Below, piece after piece: positions 8,782-19,349 of a DNA stretch of 64,000 nucleotides (the first letter of the stretch is position 1; each line of letters opens with the position of its first letter). The notes below the pieces were generated by a model. It did not search any database. It saw only the letters and a list, made by a program, of their open reading frames with translations, and was not told the DNA's origin. The stretch is from assembly GCA_016934265.1 (NCBI GenBank), contig JAFGTF010000022.1, positions 9,172-73,171 of the forward strand. The letters are read 5' to 3'. The stretch comes from Spirochaetota bacterium. GTDB lineage: Bacteria > Spirochaetota > B62-G9 > DRHN01. A program made the translations under genes and the position numbers.

Positions 8782-9420
8782 TTACCGTTTGAAGTACCCG
8801 TCGAGCTTGTCGAGCTCTTCTGAGTTTACGATATCGAGGACATTTCCGTCCTTGGCGAGAAACCCGGACGAGATGAGCCTGCCGAGCTGCGTTTCTACCT
8901 CGTCTTCGGGAGCGTTTGTCTGCATCGATATATTCCTGACGGTTTCCGAGTAGTTCAATGAGCTGCTGGCCTCCCATTCGCCGGGGGACTTCGTCGCGCG
9001 ACGCAGATCGTTGAGGGCGCTTATCACGAGAGACTTGACGTCCCGCTTTGCGAGGTCCCGGATCTGGTTGTCGGCCTTTTCGAGGCGGAGGCAGAGTTTC
9101 TCGATTATATTCATTGCGATACTGGAGTTCTTGCTGATCATGCTGACGAAACCGTTCCTGTTGAAGGACAGAAGCTCGCAGTTGTCTATCGCGGTGGCGG
9201 TGGCCGTTCTCGGTGTCTGGCGGATGAGCGCCATTTCACCCAGGAAGTCACCTTTTCCCAGGACCATGAGTATCTTTTCGACGTTATTGACCCGCTTGGT
9301 AATCTTAATACGGCCCTTCTGGATAATGTACATCGTATCGCCGGGATCGCCCTCTTTGAAAAGGTCTCTTCCGGCCTCGAGTATCTGCCCGTATTTCTGA
9401 AAGAGAGAACTCTTTTCCAT
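8782..9420 (-). CDS. cyclic nucleotide-binding domain protein (Crp/cNMP-binding family)
   Basis: cNMP-binding beta-barrel motifs 'FKEGDPGDTMYIIQKGRIKITK...GKGDFLGEMALI...RTATATA'. Start at the ATG at 9420 behind a GAGGTAA RBS. Confidence 0.65.
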   Translation of the reverse strand: MEKSSLFQKYGQILEAGRDLFKEGDPGDTMYIIQKGRIKITKRVNNVEKILMVLGKGDFLGEMALIRQTPRTATATAIDNCELLSFNRNGFVSMISKNSSIAMNIIEKLCLRLEKADNQIRDLAKRDVKSLVISALNDLRRATKSPGEWEASSSLNYSETVRNISMQTNAPEDEVETQLGRLISSGFLAKDGNVLDIVNSEELDKLDGYFKR

Positions 9421-9703
9421 CGCGTTACCTCTCGAACATCGTTGGTATCGTAAGTATAGTATTTTTACGCGGTTTTTCAAAAGAATTTATCTCGATGTAG
9501 GGAGGTAAATCGGGCCGGCGGATTTTCAACTGCGGCTTCGGAGACGAGAAATACTTCGGCGTCGAAGCTCGTCTGTACTAGCAAGAGGTCACAGAAGCGT
9601 TTTCGCCCCCATGACTCCTTGCGTGATGATTGGTGAGTAGTGAAATGTAGTAACCTGAAAATCGGGTGAGTTCACACGCCTGAAACGGATCGACCCGCCG
9701 AAG

Positions 9704-10216
9704 TTACATCCTGATCTTTTTTATATCCTCCTTCAGCCGTTCGATATCCGTGATCCAGTCTTCGATATCCTGCTCGTGCTCGAGCTCCTCGCTTAAAATC
9801 TGCGTCGCCATTTGATGGGTCGCATGGTCTTTTCCGTTTGTGAAGTCCGCGATCTCCTTGTACCGTTTTATCGCGCACCGCTCGCCGGTCAGGTTTTGAT
9901 TCAGAATCACCTCGACATACGGATCGCTCGGAACTTCGTAACCGCACGCGCCGAGTTTCATCCACTCTTCCGGCGTAAGGACGGGAATGCCGCCGAGCTG
10001 AATGATGCGTCCCACGACGAGTACCGCATGGGCGAGCTCCTGGTCGGCATGCAGAAGGAGCTCCGGTTCGATCTCACTCCTCATCGGGCCCTCCATGACC
10101 CGTGCCCCGATCCAGTACTGGTAGTATGCAAGCCACTCCTCCGAAAGGGCCCCGTTGAGCATGACAATCAATTTTTTAGAATCTATCCCGAGAATATCGA
10201 CACCTTTCTGTCCCAT
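9704..10216 (-). CDS. Dps-like ferritin-superfamily protein (mini-ferritin)
   Basis: 'LNGALSEEWLAYYQYWIGARVMEGPMRSEIEPELLLHADQELAHAVLVVGRIIQLGGIPV' matches the Dps ferroxidase-helix pattern. Start at the ATG at 10216 with a CAAGGAGGGCG RBS. Confidence 0.6.
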   Translation of the reverse strand: MGQKGVDILGIDSKKLIVMLNGALSEEWLAYYQYWIGARVMEGPMRSEIEPELLLHADQELAHAVLVVGRIIQLGGIPVLTPEEWMKLGACGYEVPSDPYVEVILNQNLTGERCAIKRYKEIADFTNGKDHATHQMATQILSEELEHEQDIEDWITDIERLKEDIKKIRM

Positions 10217-10491
10217 ACACGCCCTCCTTGAATCGGTTTGTACTTCGCACGACCTTTCTTTATTCCCATTAATAGTACTGCAGAAAAACATTTTCCGCAA
10301 CGAATAATTAGTTTCTCCTGAATTATTCGCTGAAAAGAATTCGCTCTTCGAACGTTGCCGCTTCACCGCGGCTTTTGCATATGCATATACCGCGCCCATG
10401 TATAAGAGGCGGTATCCGGTTATAAAAATTAATCGGAAACAACCGTTACTGAAAAACGCCACCCTGCTTTTACCGTGCACGGGCGTATCGC

Positions 10492-13400
10492 TCACACGGT
10501 GATTCGCGCCTTGATCAGATTCAGGATGCTTGGGACCATGAACAGCGTGAAGAGGGTGGAAATAAGAAGCCCGCCTGAAACCGCGATGCCGAGGGGCTGT
10601 ATGATGTTCGAGCCTTCTCCCAGCCCGATGGCGAGTGGGAGCATGCCGAATACGGTGGTCAGCATGGTGATGACGATCGGTGTGAAGCGGATGCCAGCGG
10701 TTTCCACCAGTGCATCGATCTTGTTCGAGAAGTCCGAGCCTATTTTGAGGTAGAAATCGATCATGATTATGGCGTTGTTTACCACGATTCCCGCAAGCAG
10801 TATCGTGCCGAGCATGGAGTTGAGGTTAAGGGTCGATTTGAACACGAACAGGCTGAAAACGACTCCGATTAAGCCGAGGGGGACTGTTACGAGAATAACT
10901 AGCGGGATCGTAAGAGAGTTGAACTGGAACGCAAGCACCACATATATCAGCACGACCGAGGCGGCGAGCGCGATGAAGAGAGACCGGATCGCCTGATCGA
11001 GCTCCTCCTGGGGGTTGTCGAATACCACCGAGTAGCCGGAAGGGACTGTAAGGTGAGTCTCCACCTCCTCTCTGATGCGCGCCTCGTACTCGCTTCTTCG
11101 GGCCGAAGGGGTTCCGGGAGCCATCCGGGCGTACACCCTGAATATCGTCTCACCGTTCTCGGAGGCGATGCCTGAAACGCCCGTTGCCTCGTTGAAATCG
11201 AAGAAGTGCTTCAGTGGTAAGGCACTCTGTTTGTACGGAATGAGAAAGTTCTGGAGTGTGTTCCTTCCATTGATCTCGGCTTCCGGATATACGGCCGCCA
11301 CCTCGATGGTGTCCTGGTCCTGCTCGAACTCTACCGATGTGGTACCGCTCAGTATCTTCCGAATAAGCCGTAAGAGCCCGCTTTCCGTGAATTCTGGAAA
11401 TCCTTCGATGACCTCCGACCGCGCCGTCATCGAGATCTCATCCGAGAGGTCCGTCGGCGGATCGGTGAATACCCGGCTGTACAGCTCGGTCTCGTTGACC
11501 AGGTCCCGTATCCTTTCCAGTAACGTGATGGTCTCGATGGGATCATCCCCCTGCACGCTGATCTGCAGGTCCATGGTGCGCGGGAGAGGAAGCTGCGCGG
11601 GGTCCCACATCATAACGTTGTAGTACCATTTGTTGTCGCTTACAAACGCTTCCTGCAGCCGGGCGACGACCTCTTCCGCGTGCTGCGAGCTCGTGAGATT
11701 GATGAAGTAGCGGTTGAATCGGCCCCATACGTCCACGTAGGTCCCCTCAATGTACTGCCCCGCTACCTCGTTGATCCTAACCTCCATGAGAGGTATGATC
11801 TCTTGGACGATCTGCTCGGGATCGTCCATCGAAGGGCTCCGGAAGAAAAGTACCACCTTGTCGCTTTTAGGAGCGGAAATGATCTCCTTCGGGATCATCG
11901 GGAGGATCAGGAGTATGGAAAATGCGAGAAGCCCGAACGAAAAGAGCATAAAGAGGATCGTCGCCCACCTTCGTGTAAGCAGGCCTCGAAGCGTTCTCTT
12001 GTACAGGCCGATGAAAAAGCCCATAACCGTGACGGAGAACCGCCCGAGTCCGCCCGTCATAAGGTCCCGATCCGGTGTCACTCCCGCCCTCTTTCGGTTC
12101 GTCCGGTAGACGAGGGAGGCGATGAGCGGAATTAGTGTCAGGGCCACGACCATCGAGATGAGAAGCGCGAATATGACCGCCTTTGCCTGGTCGCCCAGAA
12201 TGGCGTTTGTCAGGGGGGCTGTGAACAGGATGGGGAGAAAAACCAGAACCGAGGTGAGAATGGAAGCAATGACCGGCGCGCGGACCTGTGCCACCGCCCT
12301 GATGATAAGATCCTTGAGATGCCCGCCGTCTCTCAGGGGGGATTCTTCGGTCCGGAAACGGTGTATGTTTTCCATTATAACGATGGCGGGGTCGATCACC
12401 ATTCCGACGGCAAGGGCGATGCCGCCGAGCGAAATGAGGTTCAGGCTGACCCTGAAGAAGTACATCAGGATAAACGACAGGATAAGGGTCACCGGGAGCG
12501 ATATGCCGATGAGCAGCGTGTTTCGGAGCTCTCCCAGGCTCAGCAGGACCACCAGCATCGCCAGCACGGCCCCTAAAAGCGCCGCCTGCACTACGTTCCT
12601 GATCGAACGGTCGATATACTCGGCCGGGTCGAGATACAGGTTAAACGTGGTGTCGTCGGGTAGGATGCCTTCCGTTTTTGCCTCTTTTAGTGTTGCGAGT
12701 ACGTCATGAGACATTTTGCGGACATTGCCGCCGTCTACCGGTGAGGCGGTGATTCGAATGCCACGGGCTCCGTTCATCACGAACGCGCGTTCTGGGAGCG
12801 CGTATATAATCGTTATGTCGGCGATGTCCCGGAGCCTGACCGAGACGTTTCCCTTCTGCGCCACGAGGATCTTTCCGATGTCGAATACTGAATCGATGCC
12901 TCTTTTGAATCGAACGCTGTACGTGGAGTCTCCCTCTTCGAGTTTTCCGACGGATTCCGGTCGGTAGCCTGTGACGAGGGCGGTCTCGACGTCCGCTATT
13001 GTCAAGCCGTAGGCCAGAAGGTCGGTCTGCCGCAGCACGACCTCGGCGTTCATCTCTTCCACACTGTAGATATCGACGCTCTCCGCATCCTCGATCCGGT
13101 TCAGGCGGGGCTGGACCGAGCCCTTCAATATTCGGTACAGCTCCTCCGGGCTTGATTGTCTGGAGGATATGCCCATCATCAGGTAGCCGGCGTTCTCGCC
13201 TGAAAAGTATCGGACATCGTACTTATCCCGGTACTCGGATGGGAGCAGGTCCATGATGTTTCTCATTGCAGATTCGACGTCGGATTTGGCCGCGTCGCTG
13301 TCGGTCTTCCAGTTGAAGGTTAGGGTGAAATCGCTTTTATCATTTTCGTATTCCACCTCCACGATGTCGACTCCCTCGATAACGAGGAGCCTGGATTCGA

Positions 13401-13593
13401 TTTCATCGGCGTACTCGTTTGAAAAGTCGACCGCGGATATGCCGGTATGGTAGATAACGGCCCGCACTCTCGGACGTCTGGTCTGCGGATAGAGCTGGAT
13501 CGGAAGACGGGTTGCCAGTATCCCGCCGGTCGCGCATAGTATGACGATGAGGAGGATGAAGCCCGTGCTCTTACGGAAAATGGCGTTCAGCAT
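10492..13593 (-). CDS. RND family efflux transporter permease (AcrB/HAE1-like), 1033 aa
   Basis: 12-TM RND architecture with two large periplasmic loops. Conserved TM4-region 'IGISLPVTLILSF', 'AVGMVIDPAIVIMENIHRF' and a C-terminal repeat. Confidence 0.9.
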   Translation of the reverse strand: MLNAIFRKSTGFILLIVILCATGGILATRLPIQLYPQTRRPRVRAVIYHTGISAVDFSNEYADEIESRLLVIEGVDIVEVEYENDKSDFTLTFNWKTDSDAAKSDVESAMRNIMDLLPSEYRDKYDVRYFSGENAGYLMMGISSRQSSPEELYRILKGSVQPRLNRIEDAESVDIYSVEEMNAEVVLRQTDLLAYGLTIADVETALVTGYRPESVGKLEEGDSTYSVRFKRGIDSVFDIGKILVAQKGNVSVRLRDIADITIIYALPERAFVMNGARGIRITASPVDGGNVRKMSHDVLATLKEAKTEGILPDDTTFNLYLDPAEYIDRSIRNVVQAALLGAVLAMLVVLLSLGELRNTLLIGISLPVTLILSFILMYFFRVSLNLISLGGIALAVGMVIDPAIVIMENIHRFRTEESPLRDGGHLKDLIIRAVAQVRAPVIASILTSVLVFLPILFTAPLTNAILGDQAKAVIFALLISMVVALTLIPLIASLVYRTNRKRAGVTPDRDLMTGGLGRFSVTVMGFFIGLYKRTLRGLLTRRWATILFMLFSFGLLAFSILLILPMIPKEIISAPKSDKVVLFFRSPSMDDPEQIVQEIIPLMEVRINEVAGQYIEGTYVDVWGRFNRYFINLTSSQHAEEVVARLQEAFVSDNKWYYNVMMWDPAQLPLPRTMDLQISVQGDDPIETITLLERIRDLVNETELYSRVFTDPPTDLSDEISMTARSEVIEGFPEFTESGLLRLIRKILSGTTSVEFEQDQDTIEVAAVYPEAEINGRNTLQNFLIPYKQSALPLKHFFDFNEATGVSGIASENGETIFRVYARMAPGTPSARRSEYEARIREEVETHLTVPSGYSVVFDNPQEELDQAIRSLFIALAASVVLIYVVLAFQFNSLTIPLVILVTVPLGLIGVVFSLFVFKSTLNLNSMLGTILLAGIVVNNAIIMIDFYLKIGSDFSNKIDALVETAGIRFTPIVITMLTTVFGMLPLAIGLGEGSNIIQPLGIAVSGGLLISTLFTLFMVPSILNLIKARITV

Positions 13594-13594
13594 T

Positions 13595-14452
13595 CTATTT
13601 CTCCGGCTTACCTATTACATCGCCCTCTTTTTCTCTTCCGGTCAGGACGGTGAGGTATCTCTCGCCTTCAGAAAGACCTTTGTCGATTCGAACGAGATCC
13701 CCGTATGTCGGTCCGAGCGCCACTTCCCTTGCGGAAAGCTTGTTATCTTCCGTTATGGTCCACAAAAAATATTTGCCGTAGCGGCGGATTACGAGATCGC
13801 GCCGCACGAACAGCCCTTTATCCCGATCGACAGGCAGATCTATGGTGACGAACTCTCCGACATAAGTCCGCTGACTGTTGGGGAAATGGAATGTCAAAGA
13901 AAACAGCCCGGTATCGTAATCGGGCTCCTGCGAGCGGTTTGCCAGAACGCCCGTTATCCTACTGCCGCCTGAGGTACGGGCAGAAACACGCTGCCCGATC
14001 CGTACCTTGAAGGCGTCCTTGTCGCTGATGGCCGCATCCAGCACGTATCCTTCGGTTCCGATAATTACGACAGCCGGTTCGTCGCTCGACACCTCGTCCG
14101 CTTCCTGGACATCCACCCGGGAGACCCATCCTGCGATTCTCGCCGTTACCACGTTTGGTTTATATACGTTCGTGATGTCGTCTTTCCGCCTGAGAGTGAA
14201 GAGCGCCTGCCCCTCCTCTACGAACTGCCCCTCTTCCACCGATACCTTCGAAACATAGCCCGCATTCGGTGTGAAGTGTACGATTCTGTTCTTTGGCTGG
14301 AGCCTGCCGACTACTGAGATAACATGGTGCTGCTCGGACACTTCGGCGGCCGTTACCGAAGGCAGCGGACGATCCGCTCTCTGCTGGGCGGAAGCGAAAG
14401 AGCCGGAACATACTATGGCGGCGGTTATCAGCGGGAGCATGCGTTTTTGCAT
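13595..14452 (-). CDS. RND efflux periplasmic adaptor (membrane fusion protein, HlyD family)
   Basis: Signal peptide 'MQKRMLPLITAAIVCSGSFASA', then biotinyl/lipoyl-like and beta-barrel MFP motifs. It sits 1 bp upstream of the RND gene. Confidence 0.85.
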   Translation of the reverse strand: MQKRMLPLITAAIVCSGSFASAQQRADRPLPSVTAAEVSEQHHVISVVGRLQPKNRIVHFTPNAGYVSKVSVEEGQFVEEGQALFTLRRKDDITNVYKPNVVTARIAGWVSRVDVQEADEVSSDEPAVVIIGTEGYVLDAAISDKDAFKVRIGQRVSARTSGGSRITGVLANRSQEPDYDTGLFSLTFHFPNSQRTYVGEFVTIDLPVDRDKGLFVRRDLVIRRYGKYFLWTITEDNKLSAREVALGPTYGDLVRIDKGLSEGERYLTVLTGREKEGDVIGKPEK

Positions 14453-14890
14453 CCTGATGACTCCTAGATCCGTGTTGGCCCGTGCTCAGACCGGCGCGGC
14501 CGGAGCGTGTGCGTTACTGTACTCATAAGATATCGTGAGCCTATGGTCTTATTGCATAGCAAAAAATATGAAAATGAAAGCCCGTGTACAATGCTTTTTA
14601 CACAATGGGAGGTATTATTTGTGGTTCTTCTCCAATCTCGTTGCTGATATATGATTATCAACCACGCGAATTATTAATAGGACAATGGGTATAAGCTTTT
14701 TGGTATTGTTATCTCCCATTTCTGTATTTGTACTGGAAAATCACGATTTTTAAAGCTCTCTTGCCGTACAAACAGTATTCAATGTGGAAACGGGCCTTCT
14801 TTTTTACTATATGCGTTTATCCTCATCAACTAATTTGCATTAGAACCGTATTTGTTAATACACGATTTGCCTCTTCCTTTGGCGTGCAGT

Positions 14891-16210
14891 TTATTGTATC
14901 GGCCCTGTCAACTGGTCCGCACTGGTGTTGAGCGCGTATTCGAGGTCGAACAGCCCTATAAGGTAGTTGTACCGTTCCTCGAGCATGTTGATTTTAGCCT
15001 CCTGCAGCGTAGCATTCGCATCTTCCACTTCCAGAAGTGCGGCTACCCCTGTGTTGTACTGCTGTTCGGTGAGGTCATACGTCTTCTGTGCAAGCAGGAC
15101 GTTTTTTTCAAGGGCCTTCATTGTTCTCGACGATTTGTTGAGCTTCAGAACTATGGATGCGATCTCCACCTCGGCGAGCTGTCTTTTCTGGATGAGATCG
15201 AGACGCGCTTTTTCGATTTCGTCGTCTATTGTTTTCATCGTAATGTCGCTCGAGGAGCCGGGCAAAAAGCCGTCGATGGGGAAGGATATTGCGATACCGA
15301 ACGTATTGCTGTCGTACCAGGTTCCAGGGCTCCCCCAGTCGGCGCGAAACGGGTCGTTCACCCCGGCCCTGAATGTGTACGAGAGTGAGAGGGTGGGAGT
15401 GTATTCCTCGGCGCCGGTGATTTTTCTTTCAACCTGGAGGGTCTCGATCTGTTTCAGCGCGCTCTGAATATCGAGCCTTTTTTCGAGGTACTTTTTTGAA
15501 AGTTCCCCTGTTTCCAGCACGAGCATCTTCGGATCTATCGAGCCTTCGATAGAAAGCGAGGTGTTGTTGTCTACACCGAGCATCTGCTTGAAGCCCATTG
15601 CTGCGATTTCGTATTCAACCTTTGCTTCTTCGAGGTCCGGCTTGAGGTTTTCAAGTGTGACCTGTGCGCTCAGCATGGTGAGCTCTGAGACTATGCCGTT
15701 CTCATAATTAGCCCTGGCCTGGTCGTACCGTTTCTGCGCGGTTTCTATGTTCTGCTCTACGAGCTTCTTTTTTTCACTCAGTATTATGAGGTAGTAGAAA
15801 CCCTCCTTTACATACCGTTCGAGCTCCTTCCGGGCGTTTTGATAATTTATCGTTTCCGCTTCATAAAAGACCCTCGTTTGCTGCATGCTGTATATGCCGG
15901 CGGCTGAAAGAGGGAGGCTTGCACTGATGCTGGCGGAAAGGTCCCAGGGTGAGGAAGCCGATAAGGCCCTGGACCCCCCGGATCCGGTTAGGCCCGTTCC
16001 GAGAGAAACGGACGGCAAAAATACGTTCCATGAGTGCTGGGTCGCCCGCTTTTTAGTGACGAGATCGATTCTCGATACCTTGAGATCGAGGTTGTTGTTC
16101 AGGGCGAGATCTACTGCGGTGTCGATATCAAGCCTGATCTCTTCGGCGTTCAGCAGTGCCGCCGAAGCCGTCAATACGGCGATCAGCAGGAAAAAATACC
16201 CGCGTCGCAT
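14891..16210 (-). CDS. TolC-like outer membrane efflux protein
   Basis: Signal peptide, then two OEP repeats ('DIDTAVDLALNNNLDLKVSRIDL...', '...LTEQQYNTGVAALLEVEDANATLQEAKIN'). Confidence 0.85.
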   Translation of the reverse strand: MRRGYFFLLIAVLTASAALLNAEEIRLDIDTAVDLALNNNLDLKVSRIDLVTKKRATQHSWNVFLPSVSLGTGLTGSGGSRALSASSPWDLSASISASLPLSAAGIYSMQQTRVFYEAETINYQNARKELERYVKEGFYYLIILSEKKKLVEQNIETAQKRYDQARANYENGIVSELTMLSAQVTLENLKPDLEEAKVEYEIAAMGFKQMLGVDNNTSLSIEGSIDPKMLVLETGELSKKYLEKRLDIQSALKQIETLQVERKITGAEEYTPTLSLSYTFRAGVNDPFRADWGSPGTWYDSNTFGIAISFPIDGFLPGSSSDITMKTIDDEIEKARLDLIQKRQLAEVEIASIVLKLNKSSRTMKALEKNVLLAQKTYDLTEQQYNTGVAALLEVEDANATLQEAKINMLEERYNYLIGLFDLEYALNTSADQLTGPIQ

Positions 16211-16314
16211 GTTATCTCCTTACAAATGGCCGGTATCTGTTTATTAATGTAAGAGACTATCGTTCTATTTGGAAGGGAATAAAATCAGTCTGTTTTTTTG
16301 CGATCCGTTCGAGA

Positions 16315-17436
16315 TTACGCCTCGAACCGCTTTTCGAGATATGCGGAGAGCTCTTCTATCGCTTCTGGAAAGTTTTCGCGGCCGAAGCCTATCCTGACAT
16401 GGTGTGTACCGAAACCGAATATACACGAGGAGACAAGCAGTATCCCGGTTTCATCCACAAGTTGTTCACAGAATCCGCAGGTGTTTTCAACAGCCCGCAT
16501 TCTGGGAAAACAGACTGACCCGCCTTTGGGCCTGTGCCAGGAGAACAGATCATGATAATCCCGGAAGAACGAATCGAGCAGACAGAGATTTTCTTTTACA
16601 CGCAGAAGCTGTTTTTTAATGATCCTGTTCCGGTTCCGAAGCGCCGCGATCGCGAGGATCTCGCTCGGTGCGCTGCCGCAGATAGTGGTATAGTCTTTGA
16701 GCATGGCGATTTTTTCGAGTTTTTTCCGGTATCTTGTCGCGATCCAGCCGATTCTGAGGCCCGGGAGACCGAAGCTCTTCGAGAGGCCGGAGAGTGTGAA
16801 CGCCATTTCGTAACGGTCGCATGCAGGCGGCAGCATGGTATGAGGTTCGATTTCCAAATACCGGTACATTTCATCGGAGAGCAGGTAGGCCCCGTGTTGC
16901 CTGGTGATATCGATAATCGTATCGAAGTCCTGCAGGGATGGTACGTATCCCGTTGGATTATGGGGGAAGTTTATCACGACGAGTGCGGTATCCGGACGGA
17001 TTAACCGGGCGAGCGTTTCGGGGTCGAACCGCCAGCCGCGACCCTCGTCCGGCTCCCATCGCGATACCTCGCATCCCATCGATCGAGCGACCTCGTACAG
17101 AGACTGGTATCCGGGAAAGGTGCACACGACATGGTCGCCCGGTGCGAGCAGCGCGTGCATGAGAAGGAATATCCCCTCCTCCGGTACGGTAATGATGACC
17201 TCCCCGGAGGAGATCTCTTCGTATAATTCGGAAACCGAGCTGCGGAGCAGGGGGTGGCCGCAAGACTCCGTATACCCGAGCTTCAAATTCTTCCACATTC
17301 GGGACGTTTCACCGTCTGCCATAGAAACGAGCTCCTCCATCGAGAGTGACTCGCAGTCCGAGCTCGAAAGAAGGTACCGGGCGCTGAATTCATGCGCGGC
17401 GAAGTACCGCTCGATTTCGAACGGCTGAATCTCCAT
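16315..17436 (-). CDS. PLP-dependent aminotransferase, class I/II
   Basis: 'VINFPHNPTGYVP' and PLP-lysine region 'FTLSGLSKSFGLPGLRIGW'. Confidence 0.75.
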   Translation of the reverse strand: MEIQPFEIERYFAAHEFSARYLLSSSDCESLSMEELVSMADGETSRMWKNLKLGYTESCGHPLLRSSVSELYEEISSGEVIITVPEEGIFLLMHALLAPGDHVVCTFPGYQSLYEVARSMGCEVSRWEPDEGRGWRFDPETLARLIRPDTALVVINFPHNPTGYVPSLQDFDTIIDITRQHGAYLLSDEMYRYLEIEPHTMLPPACDRYEMAFTLSGLSKSFGLPGLRIGWIATRYRKKLEKIAMLKDYTTICGSAPSEILAIAALRNRNRIIKKQLLRVKENLCLLDSFFRDYHDLFSWHRPKGGSVCFPRMRAVENTCGFCEQLVDETGILLVSSCIFGFGTHHVRIGFGRENFPEAIEELSAYLEKRFEA

Positions 17437-17831
17437 CGTCTGTCTCCTTTCGTTTGAGGTAGAGGCTTTCCTACTAAGATACCGGGAACGGGAACCGGAG
17501 AACAGGGAATAAGAGGAAGCGGCGGAAGCGCGGTAGTATCATGCCGCCGTACGGCACCGGCATGATACGGAGTCGGGGTGCATCGAGAGCCGGATCGATA
17601 TAGTGTGCGTATCAACCGTAATCGATCGTTGAAAGCCGGGCGAGGCGGATCGGTATTGCTGCATTTCGGACGAATAATCTTGTATCGGCGCACATATGTC
17701 CAAAAAAACAACGGTCTAATTCCGACCGGTACGTGGAAAAATTGACATAGGTGGTGTGCATACTCCGGAAAAAGCGGTATTTTGAGATACATAGCGAGCA
17801 AAGCACTGATCTGAAAGAAGGTTTTAAACGA

Positions 17832-19310
17832 ATGAATATATTACTTGTGTACCCGAAATACCCGAACACATTCTGGAGCTTCACGCACATACTGAAGTTC
17901 ATCTCAAAAAAGGCGGCTTTTCCGCCCCTCGGGCTTTTAACCGTGGCATCGATGCTGCCCGGAGAGTGGGAGAAGAGACTCGTGGACGTGAATGTCGAGA
18001 ATCTCGAAGATGGGGATATCGCCTGGGCCGATATGGTCTTTATCAGCGCCATGGTGGTACAGGAAGAAGACGCACAAAAAATCATCGACCGGTGCAGAGC
18101 GCAGGGGAAAACGGTCGTTGCAGGAGGGCCCGCTTTCACGATAAACCAGAAAAAATTTTCTGGTGTGGACCATTTCGTCCTCAATGAAGCGGAGGTCACC
18201 CTTCCCCGCTTTCTGAAAGACCTCGAAGACAAACACCCCAAACCGGTCTACAAATCAACCAAAAGGCCCGATATCACAAAAACTCCCGTTCCCCTCTGGT
18301 CGTTGATAAATTTCAGGGATTACGTGACTATGAACGTACAGTTTTCCAGGGGCTGCCCTTTCAACTGTGAATTCTGCGACATCCCGTTAATGAACGGCAG
18401 TAATCCGAGGACCAAGACGCCGGGTCAGATGATAAAAGAGATACAGTCGTTGTATGACGCGGGGTGGAGAGGGTCCATATTTATTGTTGACGACAACTTT
18501 ATCGGCAACAAAGTAAAGGTAAAAGTACTGCTTCATCATCTCGTAGAATGGCAAAAGGCGCACAAATACGCCTACAAGCTGCTTACAGAGGCAAGCACAA
18601 ACCTGGCTGAAGACGATGAGCTCATGAAGCTCATGAGCGCGGCGAACTTCCACAAGGTGTTTCTCGGGATCGAGACGCCGAATCTCGAGAGCCTCGAAGA
18701 GTGCAGCAAGCATCAGAATACGAGGAAGGACCTCGCAGAATCGGTGAGGACCATACATCGAAACGGGATGCAGGTAATGGGGGGATTTATAGTCGGGTTT
18801 GACAGTGACAAAGAGAGCATATTCGAGACACAGATCCAGTTCATCCAGAAGATCGGCGTGGTTACCGCCATGGTGGGGATACTCAACGCACTGCCGCAGA
18901 CAAGGCTCTACAAGAGGCTGAAGGCTGAGGGAAGGCTGCTCAGCGACTTCACGGGTGAGAATACGGACGGAACTCTGAACTTCATTCCTCGAATGGGGAA
19001 GAAGAAGCTCGTCGAGGGGTATAAAAAACTTATATCGACGATCTATGCGCCGGATCAGTACTATAAGAGAATTGATACATTTTTACGGCATTACAGGCCC
19101 ACCGTAAAAGGGTCGATCGCACTGACAGACATCGCTGCGTTCATACGTAGTATGTGGAGCATAGGAGTCCTCTCGAAAGCCCGTTTCCACTACTGGAAAT
19201 TGCTCGTAAAAACGTTTTTTACCAATAACAGCGCGTTTCCGATTGCAGTAGAGCTCGCTATCGCGGGGCTGCACTTTGACCGGGTCACAAGCGGGATTGT
19301 CTGTGTGTAG
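17832..19310 (+). CDS. B12-binding domain radical SAM protein with C-terminal DUF4070
   Basis: N-terminal B12-binding Rossmann ('MNILLVYPKYPNTFW...PPLGLLTVASML'), radical-SAM 'CPFNCEFC', C-terminal DUF4070-like region. ATG at 17832. Confidence 0.8.
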   Translation: MNILLVYPKYPNTFWSFTHILKFISKKAAFPPLGLLTVASMLPGEWEKRLVDVNVENLEDGDIAWADMVFISAMVVQEEDAQKIIDRCRAQGKTVVAGGPAFTINQKKFSGVDHFVLNEAEVTLPRFLKDLEDKHPKPVYKSTKRPDITKTPVPLWSLINFRDYVTMNVQFSRGCPFNCEFCDIPLMNGSNPRTKTPGQMIKEIQSLYDAGWRGSIFIVDDNFIGNKVKVKVLLHHLVEWQKAHKYAYKLLTEASTNLAEDDELMKLMSAANFHKVFLGIETPNLESLEECSKHQNTRKDLAESVRTIHRNGMQVMGGFIVGFDSDKESIFETQIQFIQKIGVVTAMVGILNALPQTRLYKRLKAEGRLLSDFTGENTDGTLNFIPRMGKKKLVEGYKKLISTIYAPDQYYKRIDTFLRHYRPTVKGSIALTDIAAFIRSMWSIGVLSKARFHYWKLLVKTFFTNNSAFPIAVELAIAGLHFDRVTSGIVCV

Positions 19311-19349
19311 GGTATACGATGTATCGGGCTTCGGTGAAAAAACGGCGAA

